Virus record (IMG/VR): IMGVR_UViG_3300035684_000001
Span: 64,001-128,000 of that record
Source: a virus
Reading direction: 5' to 3' (one strand)
Length of the DNA stretch: 64,000 nucleotides
The notes under the pieces were generated by a model, which saw only the letters and a program-made list of their open reading frames with translations, searched no databases and was not told where the DNA came from. Of the stretch, positions 49,224 to 58,027 are shown in pieces; positions within the stretch are counted from its first letter, which is position 1, and each line of letters begins with the position of its first letter. The position numbers and the translations under genes are program-made.

Positions 49224-49433
49224 TGTTTTGTGTGTTGATTATTATTCAATACAACAATTATACTACGAATGTAGTTAAATTGCTGTCAATAATTAACTAA
49301 ATTATTTTTGTTTACAACCTTTAAAATGATTTTATCTGCTAGAAGATCCCATTGATGATTCTAAAAAAATAATCCTACCAAGGATCGAACTTATTGACGA
49401 CTGAATCTCGGTTGATATTGAAAGATTAACCCC

Positions 49434-49533
49434 TTGACACTCTTCGGCCTAAAGGTGCGAGGATTCTTTCTTCATAGGGACACCAATGCGTTTACCCTCA
49501 GAAAGCTTCTTGACCGTATGTCCTACGGCTGCA
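49434..49533 (-). ncRNA. omegaRNA/reRNA-like scaffold, distal copy with intact right end
   Basis: TGCAGCCGTAGGACATACGGTCAAG...GAGGGTAAA...hairpin-GTGTCAA; the predicted guide is the flank GGGGTTAATCTTTCAATATC. Confidence 0.65.
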
Positions 49534-49590
49534 ACCACCGCGTCGAGATACTCTTTGACAACACTTGTTTGATATTTACGATTACCGGGT

Positions 49591-49710
49591 TTGACAGACT
49601 AGCACGATCGGCGTCTTGTTTGGGAAGCCTCAAGTTAAGCTTCTTGGTTCGCAGGGATTCCAACGAATTTACCCTCTCCAAGCATCTTGACCGTGTGTCC
49701 CACGGCTGCA
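49591..49710 (-). ncRNA. omegaRNA-like scaffold, proximal copy overlapping the tnpB 3' end, with degenerate right end
   Basis: TGCAGCCGTGGGACACACGGTCAAG...GAGGGTAAA...AAGAAGC, a direct repeat of the distal copy at a 177-nt offset. Confidence 0.5.
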
Positions 49711-50840
49711 AGTCCTCGTATTAGAACTACTTGTGCTGCTGCTACATCCCTATCGGTTGTGTAACCACAGCTAGAACATAAATGTACGCGCTCCGACAAT
49801 TCTTTTTTCCCGGTTTCTACTCCACAACTAGGGCAAATTTGACTTGTCTTGTGGGCGCTTACTTTTTGGAAGTACACGCCATGCTTGAAACAGGCTTGAC
49901 CTAAAATATTAAAAAACTGACCCCAGCCTGCGTCCAAGCAATGTTTCGCTAGCATCGCCTTAGCCAACCCAACGAGGTTCAAGTCTTCGACAAAGATCGT
50001 GTCCGCGTCTTTGCATAGTTGGTGTGCCAACTTCCAGTGCCAATCTTTACGGCAGTTGGCAACGTACTCGTGAAACTTAGCAACCTTTTTTTGAGCTTTC
50101 AGTCTATTTTGGGAACCCGGTTTTTTGCGACTGACGCGCTTTTGCAGCAATTTAAGCTTGCGTTCGGCGTCAACGAAAAACTTTTGGCGCTTGACTAAAA
50201 GACCGTTAGATGTTGCGATGAAGTTTGTTAGGCCAACGTCTATCCCAAGAGCTTCGCCGTGCGGCATGACTGACGGTACGGAAACATCCCATTGTAAGGT
50301 CAGCATCACATACCAGCCGCTAGCTTTGCGGACTACTCTTGCTTGCTTGATAGTTGCACCGTCTGGAATAGGGCGCGACTGGTGAAATTTAACCAAACCA
50401 ATTTTCGGCAATTTTACTGCACCGTTCTGAATTGGGTTAACTCCCAATTGGGGGAACACAAAAGACCGCATTGCTCCCGCTTTCTTGAAGCGAGGAAAGC
50501 CGTGCTTCTGTTCCCACATACTGACGAAAGCTTTTTCAAGTCTTCGCAACGTTTGCTGCAAAACGTGTACTTGTACAGCTCCCAAGTCAGGTATCCTTGC
50601 CCTAGCAGCAGTTAAGTGTTTGCACTGACTGAGGTAAGTTGGTCGCTTTGCTTCAGCAGAAATGATAAATTCAGAGCGGATAGAGCAAGCGTTAACCTGA
50701 CAGCTACGAGATTGAAACCAATGCTTTCTCTCCGCCAGTGCGTAGTTGTAGACGCGACGACACTGTTCCAGCCAGTCTTCAAAGATGGCTGCCTGTGCAG
50801 TCGTTGGTTTCAATTTGAATTCGTAGGTTAGATTTAACAT
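49635..50840 (-). CDS. tnpB: RNA-guided endonuclease TnpB
   Basis: YEFKLKPT (HTH_OrfB), GIDVGL / VEDL / DRD RuvC D-E-D triad intact, CPSCG..CSSCG zinc finger; GGAGG RBS. Confidence 0.95.
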   Translation of the reverse strand: MLNLTYEFKLKPTTAQAAIFEDWLEQCRRVYNYALAERKHWFQSRSCQVNACSIRSEFIISAEAKRPTYLSQCKHLTAARARIPDLGAVQVHVLQQTLRRLEKAFVSMWEQKHGFPRFKKAGAMRSFVFPQLGVNPIQNGAVKLPKIGLVKFHQSRPIPDGATIKQARVVRKASGWYVMLTLQWDVSVPSVMPHGEALGIDVGLTNFIATSNGLLVKRQKFFVDAERKLKLLQKRVSRKKPGSQNRLKAQKKVAKFHEYVANCRKDWHWKLAHQLCKDADTIFVEDLNLVGLAKAMLAKHCLDAGWGQFFNILGQACFKHGVYFQKVSAHKTSQICPSCGVETGKKELSERVHLCSSCGYTTDRDVAAAQVVLIRGLAAVGHTVKMLGEGKFVGIPANQEA

Positions 50841-51063
50841 TTGCTTACCCTCCTTTCCGAATTATAGAACATTGAATAAGGACTGAACCGATTATTCACG
50901 ATTCTTAACTAAATCCACTCTAAAAGGGCAAGGTTGTACCCAATCTTTTAGTTAATCATTTGTTCTGTGTTGCTTTTTTGGTCATATATTAGCTGTATTA
51001 CAGCCGTAGGACGCTTGGCAATAAGTAATGAGTGATTATTCTGTTTTCGATATTAATAGTGTC

Positions 51064-54000
51064 TTACCTACTAGAAGAATTTGTTGATGATTCTAAGACG
51101 ATAAGTCTAGAAAGTATCGAACCTATCGATAGCTGAATCTCGCTTATTATTGAAAGATTTACGCCATCAACAAAAACACCATCCTCGTTTATTTCGATTT
51201 CATGCAACGTTTCAGGTTCCATTCCTTCTTTAGGGTCAGACAAAGATCGGAAAATAACTTTTTTCCCCTGAATATACACAACTTCTGGCGTACATAAAAC
51301 TTCATTACAAAAAGAACCATCTTCATTAAACGATTGGATATGTGCATTGCGACCTTGAAGCGCAAACCTTGCCGCCTGTTTATCCCAGACAATCGGTTCT
51401 TCTGGTTTATCATCATCATCGTCATTGTCGTCAATCTCAACCGGGGGCTTATTGTGATCGCCAGAAAAGAATGAACTTAGCGACAGCAACCCGCTCTTGG
51501 GATCGAGCAAGACTCCCACACCTTTGGAACCGTCCTCAGAGCCGTTGCGGAACACAGTTGTACCGATTGACGACAAGGATGTTCCAGATCCGCCCATGCT
51601 CAGCATTCCGCCCAGACCTTTAGAAAGTAATTTCTTAGGACTAATGCTCAGAGAAACCTTGCCCCCAGGCCCGAGTAACTTTGTCACCTTCCCTAACATC
51701 TGAAGCCCCGATTTGCCGTCCATACCCAAAAGTTTCAATCCTTGTTCAGCCATCGCCATTTGAGAACCACCGGGTCCTAACAGTTTCACAAAATCCATGC
51801 CGATTTGCATCGCCTTTTTCCCGTCAGGACCCAACAGCTCAGCAACTTTCTCGGCAAGCTTCAATTTAGAAACTCCATCTGCTCCTACCAACTGAGAGTA
51901 AGTTTTTACCATTTCCAGCAGTCCTTTACCCGACGGACCGAGCATTTTAGCGAGTTCTTGCGTAACAACCGTCATTGCCCCCTCCTTACCGCCAGCCCAA
52001 ACAGTTGCCGATTTTTCATCGGCAAAGATATTTGTGCGGATCAACTCCCCGATCGCATCCTCGACTTGCGGACCCAGTAATTCCCCTATTTTTTCGTTGA
52101 CGTAGCTGATTGCAGCTTTCTCACCCGCACCTTTCATGCCGATGTCATTTTCCCAAGCGAACATTTCTGTCCTGACTTTTTTGCCATCTTTCTCAATGGC
52201 TGGGCCAAGGATTCCCGATTTTACTGGATCGACAAAGCTACAAGCACCATCCCCGCCAGATTTCATTGCCACAGTTCCATTTTTTTCAGCACACATGGAA
52301 CTTCTTAGTTTAGATTTTTTTGGTTTTTCTAACTCTTTTTCCTTTGCTTCACCTCCTTTTTCCATTGACTTTGCAACAAAAGGAGTGAACTTAAATCCAG
52401 CAAAATCGCTAGGCGGCTCATAATCATCGTCGTCCTGAGTTGCATCGTTGCGAATTGGAGACAGCATTTCTGCACGATTTGCCCCAACAACTGTCATAGC
52501 TCCCTCGCCCGGAGCAAACATAGCTGTTTCTTCGGATGCTGCCTGCATCCCCGATCGAGTCTTTTCTCCATTGATTTCAATCGCCGGTCCGTGCATTCCA
52601 CTTTTGGTTTCATCCGCTGAAAAGCAAGCTCCGTCACCGCCAGATTTACCGCCTACCAATCCTTTCCGATCGGCAAACAGACAAGTCCTCAATTTTTTCT
52701 TGGCTTCTGCATCTGCAAATTTGCCCGTTTTACCTTCTTCCCGATCGCCCCCCTTCTTAAATTTGACCGACTTGAGGTCAAATTCAAACCCATCATAGTC
52801 GCTGGCGGGAGGATCGTCTTGTTCATCTTTAAACTCGCCTTCTTCTCTTTCTGGACCAAGAACTTCTGCCCGATCGCGCGCAACGTAAGATATTGCACCG
52901 TCAGCAGCCTCGCTTCCTGCTTCCTGAGCGAATACAAAACTACCAGTCCGCAGTTTTTTACCGTCTAATTCAATTTCCGGACCGAAAGTCTCGGCTTTTT
53001 CTAGGTGGACGATCGATCCCGCGCCGCGTCCTCCCGATAAAGTTCCAGCCCCGCCGTAACCGTCCGCGAATAAGGAAGTTCGTACCATCCGGTCTTTTTC
53101 TTCTAGATCGTCGTACTTGGGCCGCTTTTTAGCTTCTTCCTGTTCCCCACCTTGTTTGCGACGCTGCCCTTTAGAAAATATTTTGTAACCACCTTTTTTA
53201 CCTTTACCTGGTTTATCTTCCTCGCGTTCTGGTAATTCCCCATCTTTGCGTTCCGGTCCTAGAATCTCTGCCATGCGTCGCTCTACGCGAACGCCGCCGC
53301 CTTTATCCCCTGCGGTCATACCTCCGCCAGCTTTGTCGGCAAACATAGACACTCGAAGGTTGGGAGCAAATTCCGGACCCATTATCTGAGCACCTTCTTT
53401 GCCAATGCGGGCGATCGCCCCTTTCTCACCGCGATTTGACTCCATCTGCACGTAAGTTTCGCGGGCAGTAATCCTAGCCCCTTTGGGTTCGTCGGGTATT
53501 GCGCGAAGGAGTTTGCTGTAGTCGTCGATTGCCGACTCTAGAATTGGAATCAATTTTTGCGCCAGTTCTTTGCAAGATTTAGGCAATACTTTTTCTACAG
53601 CATTTTGCAGGATATCATCGGAACTGTTGGTGATTGCAAAATGCTTGGCAACTTCTTTGAGCGGTTCAACCAGTATGTCTTTGTTAAAAAGTACGTCATC
53701 TCTAAGCAATAGAAATGCCAAAGCTTCTAACGGTGCAATCCCTTTGATACTTTTCTGCCCCTTCAATACTGCACTTAAAGTTTTTTCGGTTTTTTCAATT
53801 AATCCTTGAGTTACTTCCCCAAATAGTATTGATAGTGGAGATTCCCCCGCCACCAATTTATCCACGTTTTTTTTATCTTCTTCGATTTGTTTCGCTTCTC
53901 GATCTTTGTCGGCTAGCTGTTCTTTTGTCAAAAATTTAGCAGCTTTTAAATCTTGATTGCTGAACACCCGAGAAACTGCTTGTTCCGTCAAGGTTTCGTC

Positions 54001-55470
54001 GCCTTTGTGTAACTGGTAAACGCCCATATTGCCCTTAGCAAATTCAGAATATTCCCCGAGCTGCCCGATCGCCCCTTCTACCCTTTCCGGCAGCTCGTCC
54101 CACCACTCTTTCTCTTCTTTGATAGTAAATTTTTCTAAACGCTCTGGCTTGGGATTGATGGTATCTTCCATACCTTTGATTTTGTCCTGCAATCGCATTC
54201 TGACGATCGCGTCAATCGAATGCCAACCGTTCGGCACTATCTCGGCTATTAGTGCTTCCTTCTGCAAAACAACGTCGTACCTCAGCGCGTCCAGTGTGGG
54301 TACAATCGCGTCCAACCTTGCAAACAGAGCCTTTTTTTCCTCAGCGTCTAGCAGTGCCAGCAGTTTTTTGAGATCCTTCGGTATCATCCCCAGTGCTGTT
54401 CCGACGATCGCGCTGCCGGGTTTATCCTTGGCGACTGATTTTTCTGCGATGTTAACTATTTTGTCTAATTCAATTCTCAAAGCTTCTCGCAGTTGACCGT
54501 CTAAGCTTTCGCCCAGATCGACAGCAGGGGCTGTCTTTAGTTCCTGCAAGATTCCAATTCCTTTTGGCAGGTTCACCGCTACCCCATCTCGCAGCCTCCG
54601 CAAAACTGCATTAGCTTCGTAAATATAGTGCGACGTGCCAAATGCTCCGCTTTCAAAACCGTCAGTCAGTTTTTCTAGTTGTTTTAACAGTTTGACCCCT
54701 TGATCTAAATCTGCCGATAAAAATCCCCTAGCTTCAGAGAGCAAACGCGAATGGCGGCGCAAGGGTCCTTCTAAATGTGCATTTTTGCTGTTCAGACTTA
54801 ACTGAGATTTTTCGGCGCAGGCGATGGTAAGCGTCCCGTCTTTATTCAAATTAATGGCAGCACCGCCGAGCGATCGCGCGTTCAGATTCCCTTCCGGCGA
54901 TGCAGTGAAACTGGCATTGTCGTTCTCGATGCTCGCAGCGCCGTCTTTCATCAAATGGACTCTAGCCTTGCCCGGTGATTCTTGGAGGATAGAACCATCT
55001 CCAGAAACCGACTGAACGGCTTTACTCGCAAAAGTCTTGAAATAGGAGCCATCTTTGTCGTTGTTGATTTCAATCGTCCCGCCTGCCGACGCGCTGCCTG
55101 TGACTCCGTGCGATCGGTCGAAGTCTGGATGCGGGCGATCAACTCGGTTGTGCAAACACCCCATTATTATCAGTCTGGTAGGGTCGCCAAACATCGGACT
55201 TAAAACAACCAAACTCCCTAATCCCAGCGGACTGTGAGAACCTCCGGGTACGCCATTTGCCGTGAATTGTTCCATTACCGGAATCCAGCCGTCATCTTCG
55301 TTAGGTAGATAAGCAGTTTCGGAAAGCAAGTCACATTTGACTCTGGCGCGACCGATCTTCTCTGGATCGTTTACGTCTACGACTGTTCCCGGCATCCAGC
55401 CCATAACAAAGCCTTCTTTGATGTGCGTTGCCTGGACTTTTTCTGGCGTTATTTTGGATTCAAAGCTCAT
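51064..55470 (-). CDS. Giant baseplate central spike (gp5/gpV/VgrG OB-fold N-terminus), 1,468 aa
   Basis: GTVVDVNDPEKIGRARVK..GWIPV..LGSLVVLSPMFGDPTRLIIMGCLHN (OB fold), then beta-strand repeats, a helical insert and many (A/S)xxLGP repeats. Confidence 0.85.
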   Translation of the reverse strand: MSFESKITPEKVQATHIKEGFVMGWMPGTVVDVNDPEKIGRARVKCDLLSETAYLPNEDDGWIPVMEQFTANGVPGGSHSPLGLGSLVVLSPMFGDPTRLIIMGCLHNRVDRPHPDFDRSHGVTGSASAGGTIEINNDKDGSYFKTFASKAVQSVSGDGSILQESPGKARVHLMKDGAASIENDNASFTASPEGNLNARSLGGAAINLNKDGTLTIACAEKSQLSLNSKNAHLEGPLRRHSRLLSEARGFLSADLDQGVKLLKQLEKLTDGFESGAFGTSHYIYEANAVLRRLRDGVAVNLPKGIGILQELKTAPAVDLGESLDGQLREALRIELDKIVNIAEKSVAKDKPGSAIVGTALGMIPKDLKKLLALLDAEEKKALFARLDAIVPTLDALRYDVVLQKEALIAEIVPNGWHSIDAIVRMRLQDKIKGMEDTINPKPERLEKFTIKEEKEWWDELPERVEGAIGQLGEYSEFAKGNMGVYQLHKGDETLTEQAVSRVFSNQDLKAAKFLTKEQLADKDREAKQIEEDKKNVDKLVAGESPLSILFGEVTQGLIEKTEKTLSAVLKGQKSIKGIAPLEALAFLLLRDDVLFNKDILVEPLKEVAKHFAITNSSDDILQNAVEKVLPKSCKELAQKLIPILESAIDDYSKLLRAIPDEPKGARITARETYVQMESNRGEKGAIARIGKEGAQIMGPEFAPNLRVSMFADKAGGGMTAGDKGGGVRVERRMAEILGPERKDGELPEREEDKPGKGKKGGYKIFSKGQRRKQGGEQEEAKKRPKYDDLEEKDRMVRTSLFADGYGGAGTLSGGRGAGSIVHLEKAETFGPEIELDGKKLRTGSFVFAQEAGSEAADGAISYVARDRAEVLGPEREEGEFKDEQDDPPASDYDGFEFDLKSVKFKKGGDREEGKTGKFADAEAKKKLRTCLFADRKGLVGGKSGGDGACFSADETKSGMHGPAIEINGEKTRSGMQAASEETAMFAPGEGAMTVVGANRAEMLSPIRNDATQDDDDYEPPSDFAGFKFTPFVAKSMEKGGEAKEKELEKPKKSKLRSSMCAEKNGTVAMKSGGDGACSFVDPVKSGILGPAIEKDGKKVRTEMFAWENDIGMKGAGEKAAISYVNEKIGELLGPQVEDAIGELIRTNIFADEKSATVWAGGKEGAMTVVTQELAKMLGPSGKGLLEMVKTYSQLVGADGVSKLKLAEKVAELLGPDGKKAMQIGMDFVKLLGPGGSQMAMAEQGLKLLGMDGKSGLQMLGKVTKLLGPGGKVSLSISPKKLLSKGLGGMLSMGGSGTSLSSIGTTVFRNGSEDGSKGVGVLLDPKSGLLSLSSFFSGDHNKPPVEIDDNDDDDDKPEEPIVWDKQAARFALQGRNAHIQSFNEDGSFCNEVLCTPEVVYIQGKKVIFRSLSDPKEGMEPETLHEIEINEDGVFVDGVNLSIISEIQLSIGSILSRLIVLESSTNSSSR

Positions 55471-55553
55471 AAAACAAAAAAACCGCCAGAGAGAAACCTG
55501 GCGGGGCGTGTGTTTAATTTTTGGTAGGGCGGGCGATCGGGTGGGCGATCGGG

Positions 55554-56042
55554 CTAGCTATTTAGTTCGTCGATGTCATCGCGGTTAAATTGCAGCCCAC
55601 GTCGAAATTCCTCTTGAGTCCAATCTCGAACATGGGGATTTACTGTTCCGAATTCCTGCATTTGTGATAACCACAGACTGATCCGAGCAAAAAAGCGAGC
55701 ATCTGACATAGAATAAGCAAACGCTACAGATGGGTGAACAAAGATAGATCCTTCATCACCTCTAACGTAGTCTATCAAAGCTTTTGAGCGACTACTCATT
55801 TCTGAGTACCCGCTCTTAACGGCTAATTCTGTGTCAGCATTAGCGACTGGCAGACCCGTTAAAAGTGAAAGCTCTTCTAACACATCTTTTGCAAACTGAG
55901 TTCTAGTCCAATTGTTGAACCGCTTTCCGATCGCCTTACTGATGTCTCGAACAGACACATACCCATCCTTGCCTCGAATTTCAATTTTTTGACCGTTGTA
56001 CTCAGGAAATTGATCGAACCATGATACCATTGCTTTAGACAT
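55554..56042 (-). CDS. KilA-N domain protein
   Basis: IEIRGKDGYVSVRDISKAIGKRFNNWTRT...GSIFVHPSVAFAYS. Confidence 0.85.
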   Translation of the reverse strand: MSKAMVSWFDQFPEYNGQKIEIRGKDGYVSVRDISKAIGKRFNNWTRTQFAKDVLEELSLLTGLPVANADTELAVKSGYSEMSSRSKALIDYVRGDEGSIFVHPSVAFAYSMSDARFFARISLWLSQMQEFGTVNPHVRDWTQEEFRRGLQFNRDDIDELNS

Positions 56043-56242
56043 TTGGTTTTCCGGTATAGAGTTGAGTGTTTAGTTAAGGGCGAGTCGAGCCAAACGATCG
56101 CCTTTAACGCCAATTTTAACAAAATATTTATCCCAAAGCTTATTTCCAAGAGGCGATAATTCAACTACAAAACTATATGAATGAAAAGAATCAATACTGG
56201 AAACAATCAAGGTTGAATTAGGGCTGATACCAATCCAAGAAC

Positions 56243-56285
56243 AAAAAGAGGGGGCGATCGGATATTAATCCGATTGTCCCTTTTT
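56243..56285. terminator. Terminator with a HIP1-like arm
   Basis: AAAAAGAGGGGGCGATCGG-atattaat-CCGATTGTCCCTTTTT. Confidence 0.65.
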
Positions 56286-56306
56286 AGATAGATCGGGCAG
56301 ACAGAA

Positions 56307-56603
56307 TTAAACCATTTGTCTGTCTTTTTTTGCCCTTAACATTGCTTCACGAACGACTGAAGTTGATTCTTTTTCGATCGCCCCATTTTTTAGGGCTAAT
56401 TCCCTTTTGCTGGGAATCAAATCATAGTGAGGCAAAAAAGCGTGATTCTGAAAATACGATTTTTTCAAGCCTATCTTCAGTGCCATTTGGTGTAACTCTT
56501 CAATATTTCCATCATCGGAAAAAAGATGACACCATCGGTTGCCAAATCTTGATACTGACTTACTTTTTGGTTGGATTGTTTGTAAGCTGTCTACACAAAT
56601 CAT
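56307..56603 (-). CDS. DUF4031-like protein
   Basis: ICVD..WCHLFSD..EELHQMALKIGLKKSYFQ..PHYDL..KRELALKNGA. Confidence 0.8.
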   Translation of the reverse strand: MICVDSLQTIQPKSKSVSRFGNRWCHLFSDDGNIEELHQMALKIGLKKSYFQNHAFLPHYDLIPSKRELALKNGAIEKESTSVVREAMLRAKKDRQMV

Positions 56604-56678
56604 AATTTTTGTTAACAGTAATCGAGTAAGGTAATTTTTTAGAAATGGGCGATCGCATAATTGCCCAACTCTAAAATG

Positions 56679-56903
56679 TCAATCTCTGAATTTACTCCAC
56701 CCGGCTACGACACATCGTTTTGTGTAGTCAGGATTTGAAACTTTTTCGGCAATTAAAACGCTACCTCTTTGATCTACCAACCTCCAAGCTAATGGATGTT
56801 TTTTTGCTTCTTCGTGACTTTTTATTTCGTAAGGAGTAATGTGTTCAAAAAGGATCGTTCCTTTAGGGTGAGGCCAAAACTTGTATTTTTCGTTATCGTT
56901 CAT
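56679..56903 (-). CDS. Hypothetical protein
   Basis: ORF 56679..56966, likely start MNDNEK at 56903. Confidence 0.5.
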   Translation of the reverse strand: MNDNEKYKFWPHPKGTILFEHITPYEIKSHEEAKKHPLAWRLVDQRGSVLIAEKVSNPDYTKRCVVAGWSKFRD

Positions 56904-56996
56904 CGTTGTCACTGTTTTGTTTGTTTTTGCTAATATGTTAACGGGCGATCGGTAATTTAACACCAATTGTGGATTTTATCAAGTTGTTATTCTATT

Positions 56997-58019
56997 TTAG
57001 CGTCTGCTCTTAGATTTTGCTGCTGCTTTGTCCATTTCTTTCTTCCGATCCTCTCTCAGTTTGGATAATTTCTTTATCCAAAACTCCCTAGAGCTGGGAG
57101 TCATATCAAGGACATCGACTTGAGGAGAATCTTCGTCATGAAAAGCAAATTTTAATTCATTAAAGTATTTCTCGACAGAGCCAATTTTTTGATTCGGTCG
57201 CGGTGGAGTGAAAGTTGAAAAGTAAAAGTCGGCATCAACGGCTGCTATCCACTCTCCCGCACAGCTCGGACAATCCATTGGAATAGTTTGCTCAGGACCG
57301 AACCATACCTCCCCGATCGCCCGCTGAATTTTATTGTAATCTCGATAATGCAACTTATCGAGCATTTGATCGGGCATGGAGATTAAGGCATCTGCTGCCC
57401 GCAACTTAACTTTGGAAAATGCGTCGCTCGCTTCCGAGGAAACTTCTTTAAATCTTGGGGGTTCCCAGTAACACTTGTCGGTATCATCGACTGGACGGGT
57501 TAGCTGTACGTGAAACAGTGGAGGGGCAAGAAGTGCGGCACATCCTCGGAGTACCACGGACGATAAATCGTGAGTATATATGTCGCCAGACTCTTTGTGG
57601 TTGATCCTGTGACCGCAGTAAGGACAGGTACAGGGAATCGCAATGTCCGGCCCCGCCCCCTTGCACCTAATGTTTAACAACAAACTCAAAATGTCGGCCA
57701 AGTACATCCCCTGAAACAAGCGCGGGGGAGAAGTATTTAGCTTGTTAGCTACTTCGGCAAGCGGCCATCCGTCGATCGTCTCCACAATTTGCGGCAAGAA
57801 CTGTGAATAAATCCGAACTAGGCGATCGGGAGTTTCTCTGTTTTCATCCTCAAGCCGTCCGAGCAACACGTCGTGATGGCCTATGTACGGTTTGAGGGTG
57901 TACTCGCGGAGGCGATCGCCGTTCAAAAAAATACCCAGCGGAAGGTTCTGTCCCCACTGATACAGCTCCCGATCTTGAACAGACAGACTGCTATAATCAA
58001 ATGATTTAATCACTCTCAA
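56997..58019 (-). CDS. T4 gp26/gp51-like baseplate-hub / tape-measure assembly chaperone
   Basis: DILSLLLNIRCKGAG..CTCPYCG and DCPSC (gp26-like), C-terminal VLDMTPSSREFWIKKL (gp51-like). Confidence 0.65.
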   Translation of the reverse strand: MRVIKSFDYSSLSVQDRELYQWGQNLPLGIFLNGDRLREYTLKPYIGHHDVLLGRLEDENRETPDRLVRIYSQFLPQIVETIDGWPLAEVANKLNTSPPRLFQGMYLADILSLLLNIRCKGAGPDIAIPCTCPYCGHRINHKESGDIYTHDLSSVVLRGCAALLAPPLFHVQLTRPVDDTDKCYWEPPRFKEVSSEASDAFSKVKLRAADALISMPDQMLDKLHYRDYNKIQRAIGEVWFGPEQTIPMDCPSCAGEWIAAVDADFYFSTFTPPRPNQKIGSVEKYFNELKFAFHDEDSPQVDVLDMTPSSREFWIKKLSKLREDRKKEMDKAAAKSKSRR

Positions 58020-58027
58020 GTAAAATC

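Larger units (their letters stand above)
49434..50940 (-). mobile_element. IS200/IS605-family (IS1341-type, tnpA-less) element
   Basis: tnpB plus a right end CCTCGCACCTTTAGGCCGAAGAGTGTCAA ending in TCAA at 49434 on the minus strand. Left end not located precisely. Confidence 0.75.

Noticed and set aside
49434-49724. ORFs 49434..49724 (+) and 49523..49711 (-)
   Set aside because: They overlay the IS right end and omegaRNA repeats; their internal repetition reflects the RNA duplication.
51001-51012. CAGCCGTAGGAC match to the omegaRNA scaffold start, upstream of tnpB on the plus strand
   Set aside because: Only 12 nt with no continuation of the scaffold; it could be chance.
6921-58019. Extracellular contractile injection system or tailocin interpretation
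   Set aside because: Those loci are compact co-oriented operons. Here the genes are scattered among replication genes and head-related pieces are present. Not fully excluded without capsid and terminase genes.
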